64,000 nucleotides of DNA, taken from Candidatus Woesebacteria bacterium RIFCSPLOWO2_01_FULL_39_61 (GTDB lineage Bacteria; Patescibacteriota; Microgenomatia; UBA8517). Position numbers and translations under genes: made by a program. Numbering within the stretch: the first letter of the stretch is position 1; the number at the start of each line of letters is the position of its first letter. The notes under the pieces were generated by a model, which was not told where the DNA came from, searched no databases, and saw only the letters and a program-made list of their open reading frames with translations. Shown one piece after another: positions 62,656-64,000 of the stretch. Where the stretch lies: contig MGHI01000040.1 in the NCBI GenBank assembly GCA_001793155.1, positions 3,209 to 67,208 of the forward strand, written 5' to 3'.

Positions 62656-64000
62656 ATGAAGCTGCCGAGCCTATTTAGAAAAAAACCAAAAGAAAAAGAG
62701 AGTCAAAAACCGGATATAAATAAAGCCGATCAGGTCATTAGCCCTACTGACCAAAAATCTCCGACAGCTACAGCCGCAGGGGTTAATAACGGCAAAAACA
62801 TACCTCCACCGGATAAGCCAAAAATAGATGACCCCGTTGTTGCAATTAGTCAAAATGAAAGTCTTATAAATGTAATTGCTCCCGAGATGGTCGAGTTGGA
62901 TTTTGACTTTTTTAGGGTTAACAATGTCTATTTGCGCACGCTTTTCATTTCGGGTTATCCGAGATTTGTTTCTCCGGGATGGCTAGAACAGGTCATTAAC
63001 TTTAATAGCTCCCTCGACATCTCATTTTTTATCTATCCGATTGAGGGCAAAGGAGTGCTGGATGATCTCCTACACAAGGTTGCCGAAATGGAAGCGGAAA
63101 TTGCAACCGATCTTGAGCGTGGAAAAATAATCAATCCGGCAACACAGGCAAGGCTTGACGACGCAAGGCTTCTGCAAGATGAATTGGTCAAAGGAGCCGA
63201 GCATTTTTTTGAATTCGCTTTCTATATTACTATCCGCGCCTTTGACTTTGAGCAACTAAATCAAATTACTAAACAAGTCGAGTCAACGCTGGGGTCGCTT
63301 CTTATAACCGCAAAGCACAGCACTCTCGATATGGAAAACGGGTTCCTTTCAACCTCTCCCTTCGGCTTAGACAGAATTTCGATTACCCGCAACATGGATA
63401 CAACTTCTTTGTCAACAACCTTCCCCCTCACCTCGGCTGAGTTGTCCAGCGACAAAGGAGTGCTTTACGGAATTAACTCTCAAAACGGATCTTTTATTAT
63501 TTTTGATCGGTTCTCGATGGAAAATTCCAACATGACCGTGTTCGCGACTAGCGGAGCTGGAAAATCTTATTTCGTTAAACTCGAATCTCTGAGGTCTCTA
63601 ATGCTTGGGTCGGAGGTAATTATCATTGACCCCGAAAGCGAATATAAAGCGCTATCCGACGCCGTCGGAGGAGAATATCTCACATTTTCTTTTAATTCCC
63701 CAAGCAAAATCAATCCCTTCGGGCTTTCCCAAATTCATGAGGAGGGTGAAAATCAATTAAACCTAAAAATTCTTTCGCTGCATTCGCTTTTCAAAATTAT
63801 TATGGGAGCGATCACTCCTCCCCAAGAAGCCCTTCTGGATCGGGCTCTCGTCGAAACTTACAGATCAAAAGGAATTGATATGGATCCTACAACCCAAACT
63901 AAGGAACCTCCTCTAATGGAGGATTTATACAAAGTATTAATCGGAATGGAGGTTCCGGAAGCCCTCGATTTGGCCGCTCGAATCGAAAAGTATGTTCGAG
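62656..64000 (+). CDS. virB4: VirB4/TrbE/CagE-family conjugal-transfer ATPase (5' partial; runs off window end)
   Basis: ...DFDFFRVNNVYLRTLFISGYPRFVSPGWLEQVINFNSSLDISFFIYP... is the typical VirB4 core start. Walker A FATSGAGKSY. The ORF is open to the window end, so it was not listed in the ORF track. Confidence 0.7.
   Translation, partial: MKLPSLFRKKPKEKESQKPDINKADQVISPTDQKSPTATAAGVNNGKNIPPPDKPKIDDPVVAISQNESLINVIAPEMVELDFDFFRVNNVYLRTLFISGYPRFVSPGWLEQVINFNSSLDISFFIYPIEGKGVLDDLLHKVAEMEAEIATDLERGKIINPATQARLDDARLLQDELVKGAEHFFEFAFYITIRAFDFEQLNQITKQVESTLGSLLITAKHSTLDMENGFLSTSPFGLDRISITRNMDTTSLSTTFPLTSAELSSDKGVLYGINSQNGSFIIFDRFSMENSNMTVFATSGAGKSYFVKLESLRSLMLGSEVIIIDPESEYKALSDAVGGEYLTFSFNSPSKINPFGLSQIHEEGENQLNLKILSLHSLFKIIMGAITPPQEALLDRALVETYRSKGIDMDPTTQTKEPPLMEDLYKVLIGMEVPEALDLAARIEKYVR

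Noticed and set aside
1-64000. CRISPR array
   Set aside because: No regularly spaced direct repeats of 25-40 bp with unique spacers were seen. The tandem repeats present are coding (PT linker, TTGTAAA heptamers) or MITE-like.

Overview
This 64 kb window is AT-rich and has dense, short intergenic spacers with many polytopic membrane proteins. That pattern fits a small-genome Patescibacteria/CPR-like bacterium, but the assignment is an inference. All calls below come from reading the six-frame ORFs and the DNA; no searches were run.

In order along the window:
- 1-6.2 kb: small membrane and stress proteins (DUF1905/YdeI, YggT, YeaQ/GlsB, DUF3096, DUF6448). This stretch also holds a leaderless RHH repressor gene with a consensus promoter and palindromic operator, and a frameshifted DsbD-N-like remnant.
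- 6.5-10.9 kb: two C39-like peptidase-domain proteins and a lamin-tail-domain protein carrying a Pro/Thr repeat.
- 10.9-16.3 kb: housekeeping genes msrA, rpoD and dnaG. A GC-rich Ala/Gly/Val/Ser repeat protein sits just upstream of msrA.
- 16.4-30.4 kb: a large array of paralogous GT-C-like membrane glycosyltransferases with one GT2 polyprenol-phosphate sugar transferase. A ~110 bp MITE-like repeat appears here; one copy is inserted in frame inside a GT gene.
- 32.5-36.4 kb: a small integrative element ending in a large serine recombinase. It carries DUF5659, SpoVG-like and wHTH genes, and the recombinase CDS overlaps the 3' end of tRNA-Ser(UGA).
- 36.4-42.3 kb: a tRNA and small-RNA islet. It contains all four tRNA-Ser isoacceptors, a 5' tRNA-Ser fragment, tRNA-Arg, and tmRNA next to smpB. 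A direct repeat of the tmRNA 3' terminus lies 1.5 kb downstream.
- 44.3-64 kb: a type IV secretion / conjugation-like locus. It has eight tandem VirB2/TrbC-like pilin paralogs, a 936-aa Cys-rich secreted protein with a lysozyme-like C-terminus, and a TrbL/VirB6-like membrane protein. A PrgI-like protein follows, then a VirB4 ATPase that is split only by a single in-frame TAA. Two four-helix-bundle proteins lie in the same locus. A HicBA plus AbiE toxin-antitoxin cassette is embedded here, bracketed by ~80 bp direct repeats that duplicate the promoter and first codons of a neighbouring 1067-aa gene.

The T4SS-like locus and its embedded cassette are the most likely candidate for an undescribed system.
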